Shown: piece after piece, positions 1 through 14,566 of the stretch
How the letters are laid out: each line of letters begins with the position of its first letter
How positions within the stretch are numbered: position 1 is the first letter of the stretch
DNA from: Syncephalis fuscata S228
Lineage: Eukaryota > Fungi > Zoopagomycota
Direction of reading: 5' to 3'
Assembly: GCA_025786725.1 (NCBI GenBank)
Contig: JAHLTZ010000041.1
Coordinates: 116,744-180,743, forward strand
Length of the DNA stretch: 64,000 nt
Notes under the pieces: model-generated
Databases searched by the model: none
Told to the model about the DNA's origin: nothing
The model's input: only the letters and a program-made list of their open reading frames with translations
Program-made: the position numbers and the translations under genes

Positions 1-810
1 TACTTTAAACGCAAGGAACGTGGTGGCATTAACATGACCAACATGGTGCCACTAACAAATCTTGATCTAGATCAAGTGAAGGCCATTTTATCCGAATATA
101 AGATTCATAATGCCGATGTCAGTTTCAAATGCGATGCTACAGCCGATGATCTTATCGATGTTATTGAGGGCAATCGGTAGGTGCAGTTATATTAATATTG
201 TAGTTGTTATATTGACTAATAATTACATTTAGTGTGTATATTCCCGCTATTTACGTATTAAACAAAATTGATCAGATTTCAATTGAGGTAATTCATTGAA
301 TATAACAACTATGCCATTTATAACACTTTATTAATATTCATATTATTTATCAATATTATTAGGAATTGGATCTGGTTTACAAGATTCCTCATGCTATTCC
401 AATATCTGCACATCATGAATGGAATTTCGATGAATTGCTAGAGACTTCATGGGAGTATTTGAACCTTGTTCGCATGTAAGTGGCAGTTCATTAATATATA
501 TATATGTAAATAAATATATTTACAACAACATATGCTAGCTATACCAAGCCTAAAGGTCAACTGCCTGACTATGCTCAACCGGTCGTATTGACCAATGGTA
601 AATGTACCGTTGAGGACTTTTGTAACTCCATCCATCGTTCCATTCTAAGCCAGTTTAGAACGTAAGTAAATAATGAATCAAAGAATTGGTTACTTACAGC
701 TATTCCATAGCGCACTTGTATGGGGCAGTTCAGTCAAGCATAATCCACAGAAAGTGGGCAAGGAACACGTACTTATGGACGAAGATGTCGTGCAAATTGT
801 TAAAAAGTAG
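1..810 (+). CDS. RBG1: DRG1/Rbg1 developmentally regulated GTPase, 3' part (multi-exon, 5' end outside window)
   Basis: Spliced translation [11 protein letters not shown]...[28 protein letters not shown]/...[11 protein letters not shown]...[32 protein letters not shown] shows the G4 NKID motif and the TGS domain. Confidence 0.93.
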
Positions 811-1491
811 GTGGATTTTATTATATTATATACTAGAATAGTAAATAACCATTCAATTGAATATTATTGCTGTTACTACTGTAGAGTGTAAGCTGGCACA
901 CCATAGCAATATTGCCATGGCTCACACAGCACCAACAATAAACACATTCAATTAAAACCAGCCGCGTCTTCTTCTTTTTCTTCCTCTTCTTGTTATTTAC
1001 TTGAGTTATCCTTGTTTTACTTTTGCATTTACTGAAATGAAATGATAAAGGATGATAAGAAAGACCACGCCTGCTCCTAATAGATTGCAAAAGGCCATGA
1101 GTTGGCTATCAGACATCATTTTGTAGACTGTAGATAAAAGTAAATGCTTTAAATGGTATATATAAGTATTATTGTTATATTAACAGGCTATTGAGCAGTG
1201 TCTACCTACATCTACCACTGTAACAAAAAGTACTACTCAATAGTAGTGGTTTGAATATGAATGGTATAAACTAGAGTGGATACTGTGTGAAGTGTGAGAA
1301 GCGAGTGTGAATGTGAGTATAGATGTAAATAAAAACGTAAATAATTGATAGTTTTTAAGAATCACTTTTTTAAACAAGCTTTATTCCGCTTGGATTCTTG
1401 CTCTTTTACGATTACACTGGTAGTGCTATTTGTTCTAGCATATTGTTCCGAGTTATTACCATACACGCTTATTAACAGATTCAACTTAAAA

Positions 1492-2841
1492 ATGCCACCA
1501 AAGAAGGCGGGTAAGGGCGAGAAGACCGTGAAGAAGGAGAAGGCCAAGCTTATCGATGACAAAACATTTGGTTTGAAGAATAAGAATAAATCGGCCAAAG
1601 TCAATCGCTATGTTCAGCAAGTGAAACAGCAGGTCGAAGTATCGGGCAACCGTAAGGATATGGTAAGTATATTTATGGTAAAGTGTTCTAACTACTAATC
1701 TAATAATATATGTAGCAAGAGAAAGAACAAAAGAAGCGGGATCAGGAAAAAAAGAAAGAAGCCGAAGCAGCACGTAAAGCTGAATTGGCCGAGTTATTCA
1801 AGGTGGCGCAGGTACAGCAGAAAGTACCATTTGGCACAGATCCAAAGACTGTATTTTGTGTCAACTTTAAAAATGGCCATTGTGCTAAAGGAGACAAGTG
1901 TCGATTCTCACACGATCCAAATGTTGGTCGTAAACGTGACAAGATTGATTTGTATACGGATCAGCGTGCTAATCAGGAAGAAGGTAAATAGCGTGTTAAT
2001 AATATGTGATGTCTATTAATAGGGGTGTCTATAGATACAATGGATACTTGGGATCAAAGTAAATTGGAAAGTGTTGTATTAAGCAAGCATGGTAATCCTC
2101 GTGTTACCACCGAGATTGTATGCAAATACTTTTTGGAGGCTATTGATAATGGCAAATACGGCTGGTTCTGGGAATGTCCCAATGGTAAGAATATAATCGA
2201 TTGAAAACACTGATTGAGCTAAGCTGGCCAATAATATTAACTAGGTACAAAATGTATTTATCGTCATGCTCTACCACCTGGCTTTGTTTTGAAATCAAAA
2301 CAGCAACTTAAGGAAGAAGCGGAAAAGGGCAAGATTTCATTTGAAGAGTTCCTTGAAACTGAAGTAAGTCGATTGAACGAAATTGAAGAGCAAGTTAGTT
2401 AAACTATGATGCATATATATATACTATCGTTGATTAGCGTCATAAACTGGGATCCAATTTGACACCAGTGACATGGGAGAGTTTCTCGGCATGGAAAAGC
2501 TCACGAAAGGAACTTAAAGAGGCCGAAGAGAAGGCTTCTCGTCAAAAGAAAGAAGCAGCATTCCGTGCTGGTAAATCATTGCAAATCTCTGGTCGTGAAT
2601 TGTTTGACTTTAATCCGGATCTTATTAACGACGGTGAATGGGCCGATGATGATGCGGACGCGTTTGATTTGGCGGGTATGCGAGCCGAACAAGAAAAGGA
2701 AGAAGAAGCGAAGGCTAGCGCAGCTGAAAGGGCAAAGCACTGGCCGATGGCACCGATGCAATAACAACAGGTGTTGGCTCACTAAACGTCGACGAGGATC
2801 TATTTGCCGAAGAAGATCTAGGCGATCTCGATGACGACTAA
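1492..2841 (+). CDS. TMA46: Tma46/ZC3H15 (DFRP1) CCCH zinc-finger partner of DRG1
   Basis: MPPKK...[16 protein letters not shown]; [34 protein letters not shown]; [22 protein letters not shown]. The acidic tail [17 protein letters not shown] needs a +1 correction near 2735. Confidence 0.92.
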
Positions 2842-3064
2842 GAGTAATAAACATAATAAGCGTAATAAAATTTGATGGTCCTTTGTCGTGCTCAATTAAG
2901 GCAAATTAAGATTAAGCTAGATAGTAGTAGTAGTAGGTTAGATAAATGTGTATTAAATAGTGTAAAATAAATAAATAATAATGATTTATTTAAAAGTTTA
3001 ACATTAATAAACCATGTAAAAATAAAATTAAAAAGACAGTTACGTAAATGGTTTATATAAGTGA

Positions 3065-4028
3065 TTAACATTTATTTTGCATAAAATACTCTTTCATAGC
3101 GTGCAAAGCGCGTGTGCGATGAGAAATCTCTAATTTAGTTGCTAATGGCATTTCAGCAAATCTAAAATAGGTGAATAAATGGATATTAGTTCATTCATAC
3201 GTGTTTTATTTACTAACTTACGTTTGATTAAAGCCAGCTGGTTCAAATATTGGATCCCAGCCAAAATTGGCCGGTCCACGGGCTGGTACAACGCGTCCCT
3301 AGATGAACATAGTATATAGTTGGTTGTTATAGATGGATTAAACAACAAAATAGTACATGGCTACTTACATTACAACGACCCTGGAAGAGACTGGCTCTTC
3401 ATTTGGCCCTGTGCAATAAGCAATGGTGCACAGTGCATAGGCAGTTTTATCTTCAAATCCAGTTAACATACGATTCAATCCTATATATTTCATATTAATA
3501 ATGGTATTAGTAAGTCGCACTGAAATACTAATAAAAATATTTATATCTGTTATACTTGCCATCATGTCCAATTTTATCCATAAACCATTTGCTATTATTA
3601 TTATTATTATTATTAAATTGTTGCATCTTATATTAATTAAATGGGCTATTACTTACATATAAGGACCGGGAAGTCCTTCAAGTGCATTAAAACAGAGACA
3701 CGTATCTTCCGTAATCACTGGACCATTAGCCTATTCTTTATTAATTAATATTTGCTAGACGTGTTAATACTGTTCATAACACTCACTTGACGTGCGGCTA
3801 AGCGACTTTTCTCGGCAGCAATATGCAACGGATCACCTTGTAGCTCTGGCACTATTTGGCCAATCAGTTCAGCTGAATTACGCGATAAATAAATAAATAT
3901 TTCTACTTACAATCAATCTTGGTGGATTCAACGTTGATTATACCGTCAAGCGTTGCCTTTACCTCGGCCAGCTTGTTTTTGTTGCCCGTAACAAATGTGA
4001 GTGTACGTAGTGCCTGAGAAGTAGCCAT
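3065..4028 (-). CDS. HAM1: Inosine triphosphate pyrophosphatase (ITPase), multi-exon
   Basis: [14 protein letters not shown]; PELQG; [19 protein letters not shown]; FGWDPIF; EISHRTRAL. Apparent 1-nt frameshift near 3388. Confidence 0.93.
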
Positions 4029-4120
4029 GGTCGTTATAATTGATATCAGCAACAATAAGCAGTTTTATTTTATTTTAATCTACTAACCTTTAGTCTAATA
4101 AATTAAACTGTTACTTGAGC

Positions 4121-4130
4121 ATCACGTGAT
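4121..4130. promoter_or_regulatory. Perfect 10-bp palindrome ATCACGTGAT (E-box, bHLH/Cbf1-type site) in the HAM1/PA2G4 divergent promoter
   Basis: The sequence is seen directly. Function is inferred from the CACGTG consensus. Confidence 0.35.
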
Positions 4131-4420
4131 ATGGCGGTGTTCAAGTAACAGTTTTGTTTTCTTTTGTGTGAGGTCATATCCTATAGTCAATCAATTAAAT
4201 CGTTGTTTACTCCTTATTCTCACTCACTCGCCCACTCACTTGCTTATTTGCTTCTCTTCCTTTTTCTTCCACTTGCACGGTTATTAGTAGCAAAGAGCAA
4301 ACGCGTATTCTTTTGCTGTTTTTTGTTTTTGTCTACTGATTCTCTATTCGACAAGTAGTCTCGTGCGCGTATATACATTGTTTACAGCGTGTCAGCACAT
4401 AGCTTATTACTCGTTTGATC

Positions 4421-6122
4421 ATGTCTACTGTCGAAAAGTCTGAAGCGCCTGTGGTCGACGCCACCATCAATAACTCGGATGTCGTAACCAAGTATACCAA
4501 GGCGGCCGATATTGCTAATCGTACGTCATGGCTATTTTACGAATTTAATTGTATTTATATCTAGAAATGTATTTTTCTCACGATAGGTGCATTGGCCAAA
4601 GTGACCGAAGCCTGTGTTGCTGATGCCAAACTCATCGATGTATGTAACATTGGTGATGAGTTTATTACAGCTGAACTCAAGGGTGTGTATGCAAAAGGCA
4701 AGGTACCAAAGGGTAAGTAAATAGTTAGGGGTATATTGAAAGTTTTATTAAATATTGATAACATGTATATGTAATGTTATGTGTGTGTACGGCCAGGCAT
4801 TGCATTCCCAACTACAGTGACACCTAATCATATTGTGTGCCACTTGAATCCTCTCGCCAACGACCCCGAGGCCAACATAACAATTGCCGATGGTGATGTG
4901 TTGAAGATGTAAGTGCATTATGAATAGACTGTAGATTTGCTAAACAAATTGATTTACGGCCTATTAGTGTATTGGGTGCGCAAATTGATGGATTCTGTGC
5001 AGTTGCTGGCCACACTATTGTGGTTGGTGCTTCTGAGGTTAGTTATTAAGTTATAAAACAGCACCTATACACTGTTAATACTTATGGCATCACCACTGAC
5101 TATGACGTATAGGCCAGTCCAGTGACAGGTGCTAAAGCCGATGTTATCACTGCCGCCCATGTTGCTGGCGAGGCCGTACTACGTATGATGACACCAGGTC
5201 GCTCAGTAAGTGTACAGGCGTGTTTTAAATACACGTTTATATTGTTTCGCTTTCTAATAATACCAATCGCCCAATGGTTAGAACAAATCCATTACCGAGA
5301 CAGTCGATAAGATTGCCGCTGCCTATAATGTAAAGGCCGTCGAAGGTATGATGTCTTATCAACAAGAGCAGAATGAAGTTGATGGTGGAAAGAGCATCAT
5401 TTTGAATCCAAATGAGCAACAACGCCGTGACTATAAGGAGGAGAAGATTGAAGCCGGTGAGGTCTACTGCATTGACATGATCATGTCAACTGGTGATGGC
5501 AAGGTAGGAACAAAGACTAGCGAATCTGGTAATACAATGACTAACGCGTACAATGGTATTTGTTATAGGCCCGCCCTTCGCAAATGCGTACAACGATCTA
5601 CAAGAAGACCAATAACAACTACCAACTTAAGGTGGCTGCTTCTCGTGTTCTATTTAGCGAGATTAAGCAAAAGTTTGGCAACTTCCCCTTCACTCTACGG
5701 TAAGTTTATTATTAGCCATTAACTATCGCCGTAGTAACGATTCATCCATTATGACAGCGCTCTTGAGGATAGCAACAAGGCACGCTTGGCAATTCCAGAG
5801 TGCACCAAGACAGGTGTCATTTATCCATATCCAATCTTTGTAGAGAAAACTGGTAATTGAATATAGCACTCAATGACAAGCAACTGGCCTGTACTAATTT
5901 AACGCTTGGCTACTAGGTGATACGGTTGCTCAAATCCAGTATACCGTGTTTGTTACAGCCAACGGACCTGTACGCATTACCAGCACGCCTGCATTGGACA
6001 CTGCCGTCATTCAGTCAGAACAGAAGATTGAAGATGAGGAGATTAACGCACTATTGGCCCAAACATTGGCCAAGAAGAAGAAGAAGAACAAGAAGCGATC
6101 CGGTAAATCAACCACGGCCTAG
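4421..6122 (+). CDS. PA2G4/Ebp1/Cdb4-like metallopeptidase-fold (M24) ribosome-associated protein
   Basis: MSTVEK...DVVTKYTKAADIAN; GIAFPT; LGAQIDGF; VTGAKADVITAAH; VEGMMSYQ; basic tail LAKKKKKNKKRSGKSTTA*. Confidence 0.88.
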
Positions 6123-7456
6123 AGGTGAAACCAAGTGTGCCAAGCTGTCTGTAAACACGTCTACCTATTTATTCATCCTATAGGTAGATGATGCTACAGC
6201 AATGTAGTGGCGATAATAGTGGTAATCTAAGAATAGTATTGAATAGAGTATGAAGCCATTGGATCCAGATAGGCCATTACCACTATTTTTTTACCTAGTC
6301 TCAAATTATTATCCAGTAACAAGATGTCGAATTTCTTGGTTGTTTTGTTACTATTCGCACATACACATTCTTTTAGTCGTACGAGAACAATAAAATTGAT
6401 AATAAACCCATATTAAATACAATGATAATTGAATTGAATTGAATATAATAAAATTGTTATAACAAAAACGATTGTAATAATTAGTATTATGATGAGTATT
6501 AAATAAAGCTCGCTGTTTACTAAATATGATACTATTAGTGTTATTAGTATGCTTTTTATCAGTGTAATGAGCATTGGTATTTGTTATTGTAATAATTAGT
6601 GTAATCAGTGTTCGTTATCAGCATTATTGGTATAGTTAACACTCTTTATTGTTAGTATTCGTATAATAGAGTTTCGACAATCATATCCATTAACAAAGAA
6701 TAGCGCGTGAAAATACCAATAATCTCACAATGGAGGCAGCGTACAAGGGGTAAATACACTCTTGAATGGAGATTCAAGTTTCAGATTGAACGGAATAGAA
6801 ACAAAAATCCAACTAACCAACCAGTTGTGCAATGACAAAGGCCATGCATTGGGCCGTGGCAACATATGGTTAGTTAGCTGTACAGCGAACAGACGAAGCA
6901 ACAGGTGTGTACGGATCAAGGCAGTCAAGGTGAGCAGATGGCAGCAATACACGTTGCCCGAAACTATTGCCGATGCATGGATAGGCTAGCAGGTATTTAC
7001 TGCATAGTCTATGTTAGGGCAATGTTTCAACTTGGTGTATCGTGTGCTGTTCATTGCTATTCCAGATGCATCCGATACTCCGTACTTTTCCCGTCCTCTC
7101 TACTTCAATTTACTATATATACTCGTGCATCCCGACACCCAGCCTTGTGCTGAGTCACATATTCACTCGTTTATTAAGCTGTGCTATCACGGCTTCCACA
7201 TTTGCATTATTGCTGCATTCTCTTTTGTTTTCGTTCTCACTACTCTAGCACTTTGATTCGGTCCTCTTTTCATTTAAATTGATCGTGTGCGCGACTCATT
7301 GCGATATCATATCATACATATCGATTTATCTCACTACCGATAAGCATTCTGCACCACAACAACTCAACGCTCCTTCCATCTATCACTAGGCATATAAACC
7401 GCGTACGACGATTTGATTCGTAGCTTTATTCAACACTATCCAACAACAACGACAAC

Positions 7457-7956
7457 ATGCGTTTCTCGGCTCATACTCTTGCATTGGCCTGCCTCTTGGC
7501 TGTAGCCTTGTCTGCAGCGACCGAAGCTGTCCCTCAAGATGGTGGTAAAGGCTTACTGGGCTCACTTCTAGACACTAAAAGTGGTAAGTACTTTTATCTA
7601 ACAGTGCATCTTTTTTTTGCATGCTGGTCAAGGGGAAGGCGTGGTTATGGTAAACTATAAATAGCACAGTAGAGAAAAGAAAAAAGGCGAATAGCTAAGT
7701 TGGTATTGGTTACGCAGTATACCGATAAGATCTACAATTTAATTATAGTGTGTGTGAATGGATGTGCGTATTGTTGGTGTTGTTTTCTATTTCTGTCTTC
7801 TTTTTTTGTTTGGTACACGTTTTTGACTGTATTTTTTCTGTTCTCCTATTTTGTTCTATTCATAGTACCCTCAACTGGTGCTGGCACCGGTTCCCCTGCT
7901 GTAACTAATAGTGGTAGTCATGCACCTTCATCAGGTAATGCTCCACCCAATGCTGG

Positions 7957-7987
<31 letters not shown>

Positions 7988-8530
7988 GATACGACCAATC
8001 CTCTACATGATGCATTCTCAAAACTTACCAATGGATCTTCTGTGCCCTTACCTGTTGTAGGCGACAAGAACACATCCTCGCAAACTGGCTCTACCCCGGC
8101 TACCGGAACCGATTCATCATCATCGTCGTCGTCTTCATCGTCATCATCATCGAGCAAGAGCTCGTCGAGCTCGTCGAGCTCATCAAGCTCTTCCAATGGC
8201 TCGACCTCGACTAAAACAAGTACATCAACAAGCAAGTCCGAAACCATTAACACCGGTACTGATGGCGGTACTACTACCTCAGGCAGCGATGGTGGTGTAA
8301 CCGTTCAACCACCAACACAAACAACGACAGATAGCAACAACAAAATTGTGGTTATTACACCAACCCAGACAATTCTCGTTCCCGCTAGTAAGAAGCTGAA
8401 CTCAAATGCTGGCGACTCTGACAATGGAGCTGTTGGCAACAACACTCCATTCGGTAGCAGCGGTTCGATGTTCTCCGTCTTTACTGTAGGCGGTCTATTG
8501 CTTAGTGGCTGGATGGCTATTGGTGTATAG
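7457..8530 (+). CDS. Secreted Ser/Thr-rich, probably GPI-anchored surface protein (2 exons, intron about 7584-7865)
   Basis: Signal peptide MRFSAHTLALACLLAVALSAATEA, poly-S/T body, hydrophobic C-terminus FSVFTVGGLLLSGWMAIGV*. Confidence 0.75.
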
Positions 8531-9500
8531 TGCACTTTTACTACCTAGAATTCATTGATTTATTCAATGTAAATAGTGCAAAGTATTTCCATATGATGTT
8601 ATCCAATAAAGTTTATGCCTAAAATACTTATCTGAGCATTTTGACCAATGTCACTAAAGTAGTTCACACTAAGCAAATGGCTATATTTAGCAATATTGGA
8701 TTATTTAACCTTGTATTTATTATAGCGGCTAATGATTTATTCATAAACAGTAAATTGTATAACAATGTTAAATGACCCACAATACATGTTCATTATCGTG
8801 ACAACATTAGCAGAAATAAATAAGAAAATTAAATAAGCTATTGCTATTATTGTTAAAGTAAATGTAAGATGTTAATGTTTGCAAAAAGAATATTCAGTTA
8901 GTAAGCTAAATGGTACAATATATTGCAATGCAAATCAACTGGCTGTGTATTACATTATTGAACTATGTAACAAGATTTATAATTAAAATAACGTAATATT
9001 GATGGCCACAACTATTTGATCAACGTAAACTGCTTTAGTAATGCCGTCCGGGATGCTCAAGGCCAATGCACTTTTAATTTATAGCATATTGAAGAAATAA
9101 GAGTACAAGTGGCGTTGTTTTTGCGGAGAATGCAGGATCAAGGTGTATCAACGCTAAGATTGACAACTATCATTGCTATTGCCATGAAACTATTAATGTA
9201 CACATCCATATGGATGATTGCAAATAAGGCCAGGCGCATTAAGAATCATCCTGGAATTTATGTCGATCTATGAATAGCGGCCAAAAGTTTAGTTAAATGG
9301 ATAGATAGATCAGCGCTGCATGATCATTGCTGCATGTAAAAACAGAGGTGTCCATGTACTAGCCACATCTATCATAATAGTTTAGCTACATTTTCATGCA
9401 CAAGAATAAATTGGCTATGTATATATATATCATATAAAAGGACTAGAAAATAAAGCACAGTATTTGCCAGTTTTATTTCAAAATCATCACGTATCTTATT

Positions 9501-10513
9501 ATGAGCACTTTTCATTGGAAAAATTCATTAAAAACAGCCGCAGTCGCAGTTGTACTAAGTGTTGCTATTCTAGGTCCGTGGTCGAGTTATGAAAATGCCC
9601 AGGTTTGTAAGTATAGTAGTAATCATTATTGTATCAATATACCGACCTAAACACTATGTAGCTGGATTATTAGGATTAGATAATACAATAAATAGTTTGG
9701 TGGGCAGTAAAAGTGGTGGTAGTACAGATGGTGCACCTAATCGGCAGCACCGTTATCACCACCGCCACCACCGCCACCACATCCACCAGCATCACCAGCA
9801 CCAGCGCCTATGAATGATAATAGCGATCGTAAAAATTCCCAATCTTCTTCTACCTCGCCTATTAGCAGCACCAATGTACCAGCCATTGAAAATAAACAAG
9901 AAAATACACATGGCAGTCAGACAAACATAGTCCATACGTCAGAACCAGCTGGCCATCACGGTGAGTCACATTAGTGTCAGTATCTGTTGTCGCTTTGTTT
10001 TATTGATGTTAGTTGTGTATAATAATTAGAGGTTGTGTTTGCGCCTCATATGACAACGACATCAAAGGTAGTGGAAAAATCTGTTCCTTTGACCCCTTCT
10101 TCATCTTCTATTGCTAACGCAGCGACAGGAGATGCAAGTAAGATAGTGGAGGGAGTGTGTCTGTACCGGCGCCTGTTAACGGACACGACGATCCTCGTCA
10201 ACATCTTAATCATAATCAGCCGCAGCCGCAGCAGCAACATGCTAATACTGCAGCCATAGGCAAACCCACCACAACATTGGTGACAAGTATGTCGAGTCCA
10301 ACGCCTACCTTTGTTGATGGCAAGGTTGTGTGGGTTACGCCAATCCATACAGTGGTGTATAAGCGCGCCCATGCCAGTAATGATACTTTGGAGCATTCTG
10401 ATAGCACGAGCGACAAGCTTTCTTACTCAGCGTTTGGTAATCTACTGTCTATATTATTTGTAATAATGACAATTTTATTAAGTAGTAACACGGGCTTTGG
10501 CGCTTTATTCTAG
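9501..10513 (+). CDS. Secreted Pro/Ser/Thr-rich surface protein with hydrophobic C-terminus, probably a distant paralogue of the 7457 gene
   Basis: MSTFHWKNSLKTAAVAVVLSVAILG signal, GLLG after the first intron, VVWVTPIHTVVY, C-terminal LLSILFVIMTILLS. Apparent frameshift near 9740. Confidence 0.6.
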
Positions 10514-11386
10514 TCTTTTTCTTCATATTAATCACCGTAATCACCATGCCAATAACCATAAAACTAGCAAAAATATGGTAGTATTGGTAATTAGTTAATT
10601 ATTGTTATGCTGTAAAACGTCAACATTTATACGGATAATGATTAGTATTATTGATAGTTCCATTGCCAATGTCATACTTTTCATTATGTTCAACTAGCTG
10701 CCAATTACTCCAATTATTTTATAATAAACAATATAAACACTTGTTACACTCCGTTTAGTATTATAATAAAGCTCTTTACTTGACATGCCATCTATATCGG
10801 TGAATACTGATCTGGTATCAGCACTACAATGTAACAATAGCAACAATAGAGTGTACATATTGGTAAATATGACTCGTAAATAGGGTATGACTCAATGATG
10901 ACATAGGTTGCATCTAATAAAACATATATAATAATTGAATCAATCTACTAAATTGTAAATCCATCTATCCCATTGCTGCTATTGTTATTCGTCACAATTA
11001 GTTACAAAATGACTGCTATCATTGGTGGTAAGTGACCCTTATTACGTCTTCTTTCTACTTTCAAGCTAGGCTGCATAGTTTTATTTCACTTGCTGTCTTG
11101 TCGTTCTAGTCGTGTTGTTGACTATTGTGTTTGACGACGACTGTGCACCGACTCTGGACAATATTGAGCCATTGCACTTCAATCTAGTGGATTGAACGGG
11201 CTTGCTGGTGATCTACGCTTTATTCCTTGAACCGCCATCTAAAGTACCTAAAACAACAATTGTTCACTTTACCATTCTACTTTTTGTCTCAAAGCCTGTT
11301 ATCCAAATACAGACCGGCTTTTATTAACCACGCTCTATTTTATTGTTTCAGATATCGTTATTGCGCGTCAAAGGCCTGCCACCACT

Positions 11387-14372
11387 ATGAATGCGTCATC
11401 GTCTGCTTTGCCAGGCAATAAGCGACTAAAGGCGCGCATCAATCCGCCCCGTCGGCCAGTAAGTTGAATGGGAAAGTCGCTAGATTCACTGATTGGTTTC
11501 TAACTGTACGTCTTCTAGACTCATAGCGCTGATCTGTATGGCGAAATGTGGCCCAAGATAGAACAGGCCATTAAACAAATTTACAATATCAATTCGTCGA
11601 GACTTTCATTCGAAGAGCTGTATCGGGCCAGCTACACACTCGTTATTCATAAAAAAGGCAGCGATTTGTATCAAGATGTAGGCAACTCGTTAAAAAAACA
11701 TCTAGAGCAAGTGACAGCCGAGAATATTGTTACGGCCTTTCCTGCCAACCGAGATAATCTGGATGACTGTGGCCGGTTTCTTAACAATCTGGCCGATTTC
11801 TGGGACCGGCATACACGCAGTATGGTGATGATTCGTGATATTCTGATGTATATGGTAAGCCATGAATAGTCTCTATAAACAGGCATATGCTAAGCATGAA
11901 TGGATACAGGACCGAGTATTTGTAAAGGCATCGGGTCTACAGCCAGTCTACGAGACAGGAATGGATATCTTTCGTGATGTCATTCTAAGATCTAAAAGCC
12001 ATCCAGTGCAAGCACAACTGCTTAATGTTATGCTAACCATGATTGAACGTGAACGACAGGAGAAGTTGTGAATACCATTGATATGCGTCGAGTAACTCAA
12101 CTACAACTACATTACCAAGTGGTAGCTCGGAAGATCAGTCAGAATCAACTGTATACCATATTGATTTTGAGAAAGAGTTTCTAAAGGTTAGCCGTGAATA
12201 TTACAACATTCAAGCCCAAAGTCTATTGGCCATTGGCGATGTGGTTGATTACTTGAACAAGGTAGGCTTACTATTTGACATAGACATCTATTTACAGATA
12301 AAATGTTTAAATCTAACATATAACTATTATTATTAAGACGGAGCGTTGGCTTAACGAAGAAGCATCTCGATCTGAAAGATATTTAACTGAAATGACCGGT
12401 CAAAAGATTCGAGAAGTTATAGAACAAGAAATGATGTCGAGCCATTTAGAGACCATTATTGAGGTAAATAATAACTATATATTAAATGTTTAAGTAGTTA
12501 TTTATTAATAACTTATAGATGGAGCGTACAGGCATGCGATTTATGCTAACTAACGAGAAAATGCAAGGTAAGTATTACTATATATACTATATATATAGAT
12601 ATTGATTATTTAACTAACTGAATCCATTAGAACTCAATTGTATGTATCGCTTATTAGGATTAGTAGAACATGGACATGCATCTATGCGCAAAACATTAAG
12701 CAATTACATTCAAGTATGCGGCAAGATATCAACGAACAGTGGCCAATGAACGAACAACCAAACCAACTGTGCCTGTAGATGATTCCACGGATAAGAAAGA
12801 ACAGAAACGACCAAGTGCCAAAGAAAAGAGTGCTGCATTGGCTATTCGATGGGTTGAATTAGTATTGGCATTACATAGTAAATTCAATCGTATACTTGCT
12901 GAAGCATTTAGTGGCGATAAAGTATTCCAGATTAGTGTTAATGAGGTAAGTAAATGTTTACTATTGTTACTATTATACTAACCACTGATTAATAGGCATT
13001 CTCCACCTTTATTAATAACAATAAACTGGCTGTAGAGTATATCTCACTCTTTATTGATGAGAACTTACAACGCGGCATTAAAGGCAAGGTTGAACAAGAA
13101 ATTGACAGTATTCTTGACAATACAGTCTCTCTATTCCGCTATATTGAAGACAAGGATATGTTTGAACGTTACTACAAACATCATCTATCACGTCGATTAC
13201 TCCAATCAAAGAGTGTATCCGACGATGCAGAACGAGGCATGATTGCCAAATTACGTGTAAGTCAATGCTAATTAAAGTGTTTAATATATTTAATATTTAT
13301 AGATCGAATGTGGTGTTCAATTCACATCTAAATTGGAGGGCATGTTTAATGACATCAAACTGTCCTCGGATATTATGCGTAACTTTAAAGATGATCAAAG
13401 TGAACGAGAAGACAAAGTAAGTAATATATATATACGTTAATATATATACACGTTAATATATATATTAATCTAATTCGTTGATAGGATTCAATAGGAGAAA
13501 TCAATGTTCAAGTACTTACTTCTACTTACTGGCCTATTACTCAAACATCCGATCAATGTGTACTGCCCTTGTCATTACGTCAAGCACAAGAAAGATTTAC
13601 ATCCTTTTATCTTGCCCAATACAGTGGCCGTAAACTAATGTTCCAAATGAATATGGTATGTATCAACAGCTATGCCATATATTGTATTAACATTATAGTA
13701 ATAGGGCACGGTTGAAGTACGGGCTTATTTCAACGAGAAACGACATGATCTTATTATTCCTACTTATGCCCTGGCCATTCTTATGTTATTTGAACAAACC
13801 GATGACTGGATCACGTATGATCAACTACTAGCAGAGACCGGCATTCCTGAAGAAGATCTACAGCGTAATCTATTTGCCTTAACATCACCCAAACACCCAA
13901 TTCTACGTAAAGACCCATCGGTTAAAGAGTCACCACTGGCCCAATCTGGCCATCGTATCTGTTTCAATACAGGATTTAAGAGTAAATTAATGAGAATACG
14001 TATTGTACCCGCCACTCCTCGTCTTGAACAAGCAAGTGAACGTAAAGCCACCATGGGACGTGTTATGGAAGAGCGACAAATACAAACGGATGCCTGTATT
14101 GTACGCGTCATGAAGTCACGCCGTACTATGGAACACAATATACTAATGACCGAAGTAACCAAGCATTAATGACTCGATTCAGACCTGATCCATCTGTTAT
14201 TAAACGCCGTATTGAATCATTAATTGAACGAGAATATCTAGAACGAGCACCCGATGACCTGTAAGTCAATAGTCTATTTACTTGTACTAGTTACTAATAT
14301 ACTATATTATATATGTATATATGTATATATATATATATTAATTATAGGAAAACCTATCATTATTTGGCCTAA
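11387..14372 (+). CDS. CUL3: Cullin-3
   Basis: LSFEELYRASYTLVIHKKG; MVMIRDILMYM/DRVFV; EYISLFIDENL; DKDMFERYYKHHLSRRLL; DACIVRVMKSRRTMEHN; IESLIEREYLER...TYHYLA*. Three apparent 1-nt frameshifts. Confidence 0.93.
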
Positions 14373-14566
14373 GTATAGCATCTATCTATTATACTAGTTA
14401 TTTAGAATAGATATTAATGGATATCATGTAAATAGAATTATAATAATGATGCATTGCCTTTTTTCTTTTAATTTACAAGTTACTAACAACAACAACAACA
14501 ATATTACAATAATATTATTAATAATAAATGTTACATAGAATGGTTTATTAATAATCTATAAATGTA

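Noticed and set aside
7918-8253. Acidic/Val-rich ORF on the - strand
   Set aside because: It is the antisense shadow of the Ser/Thr-rich surface protein.
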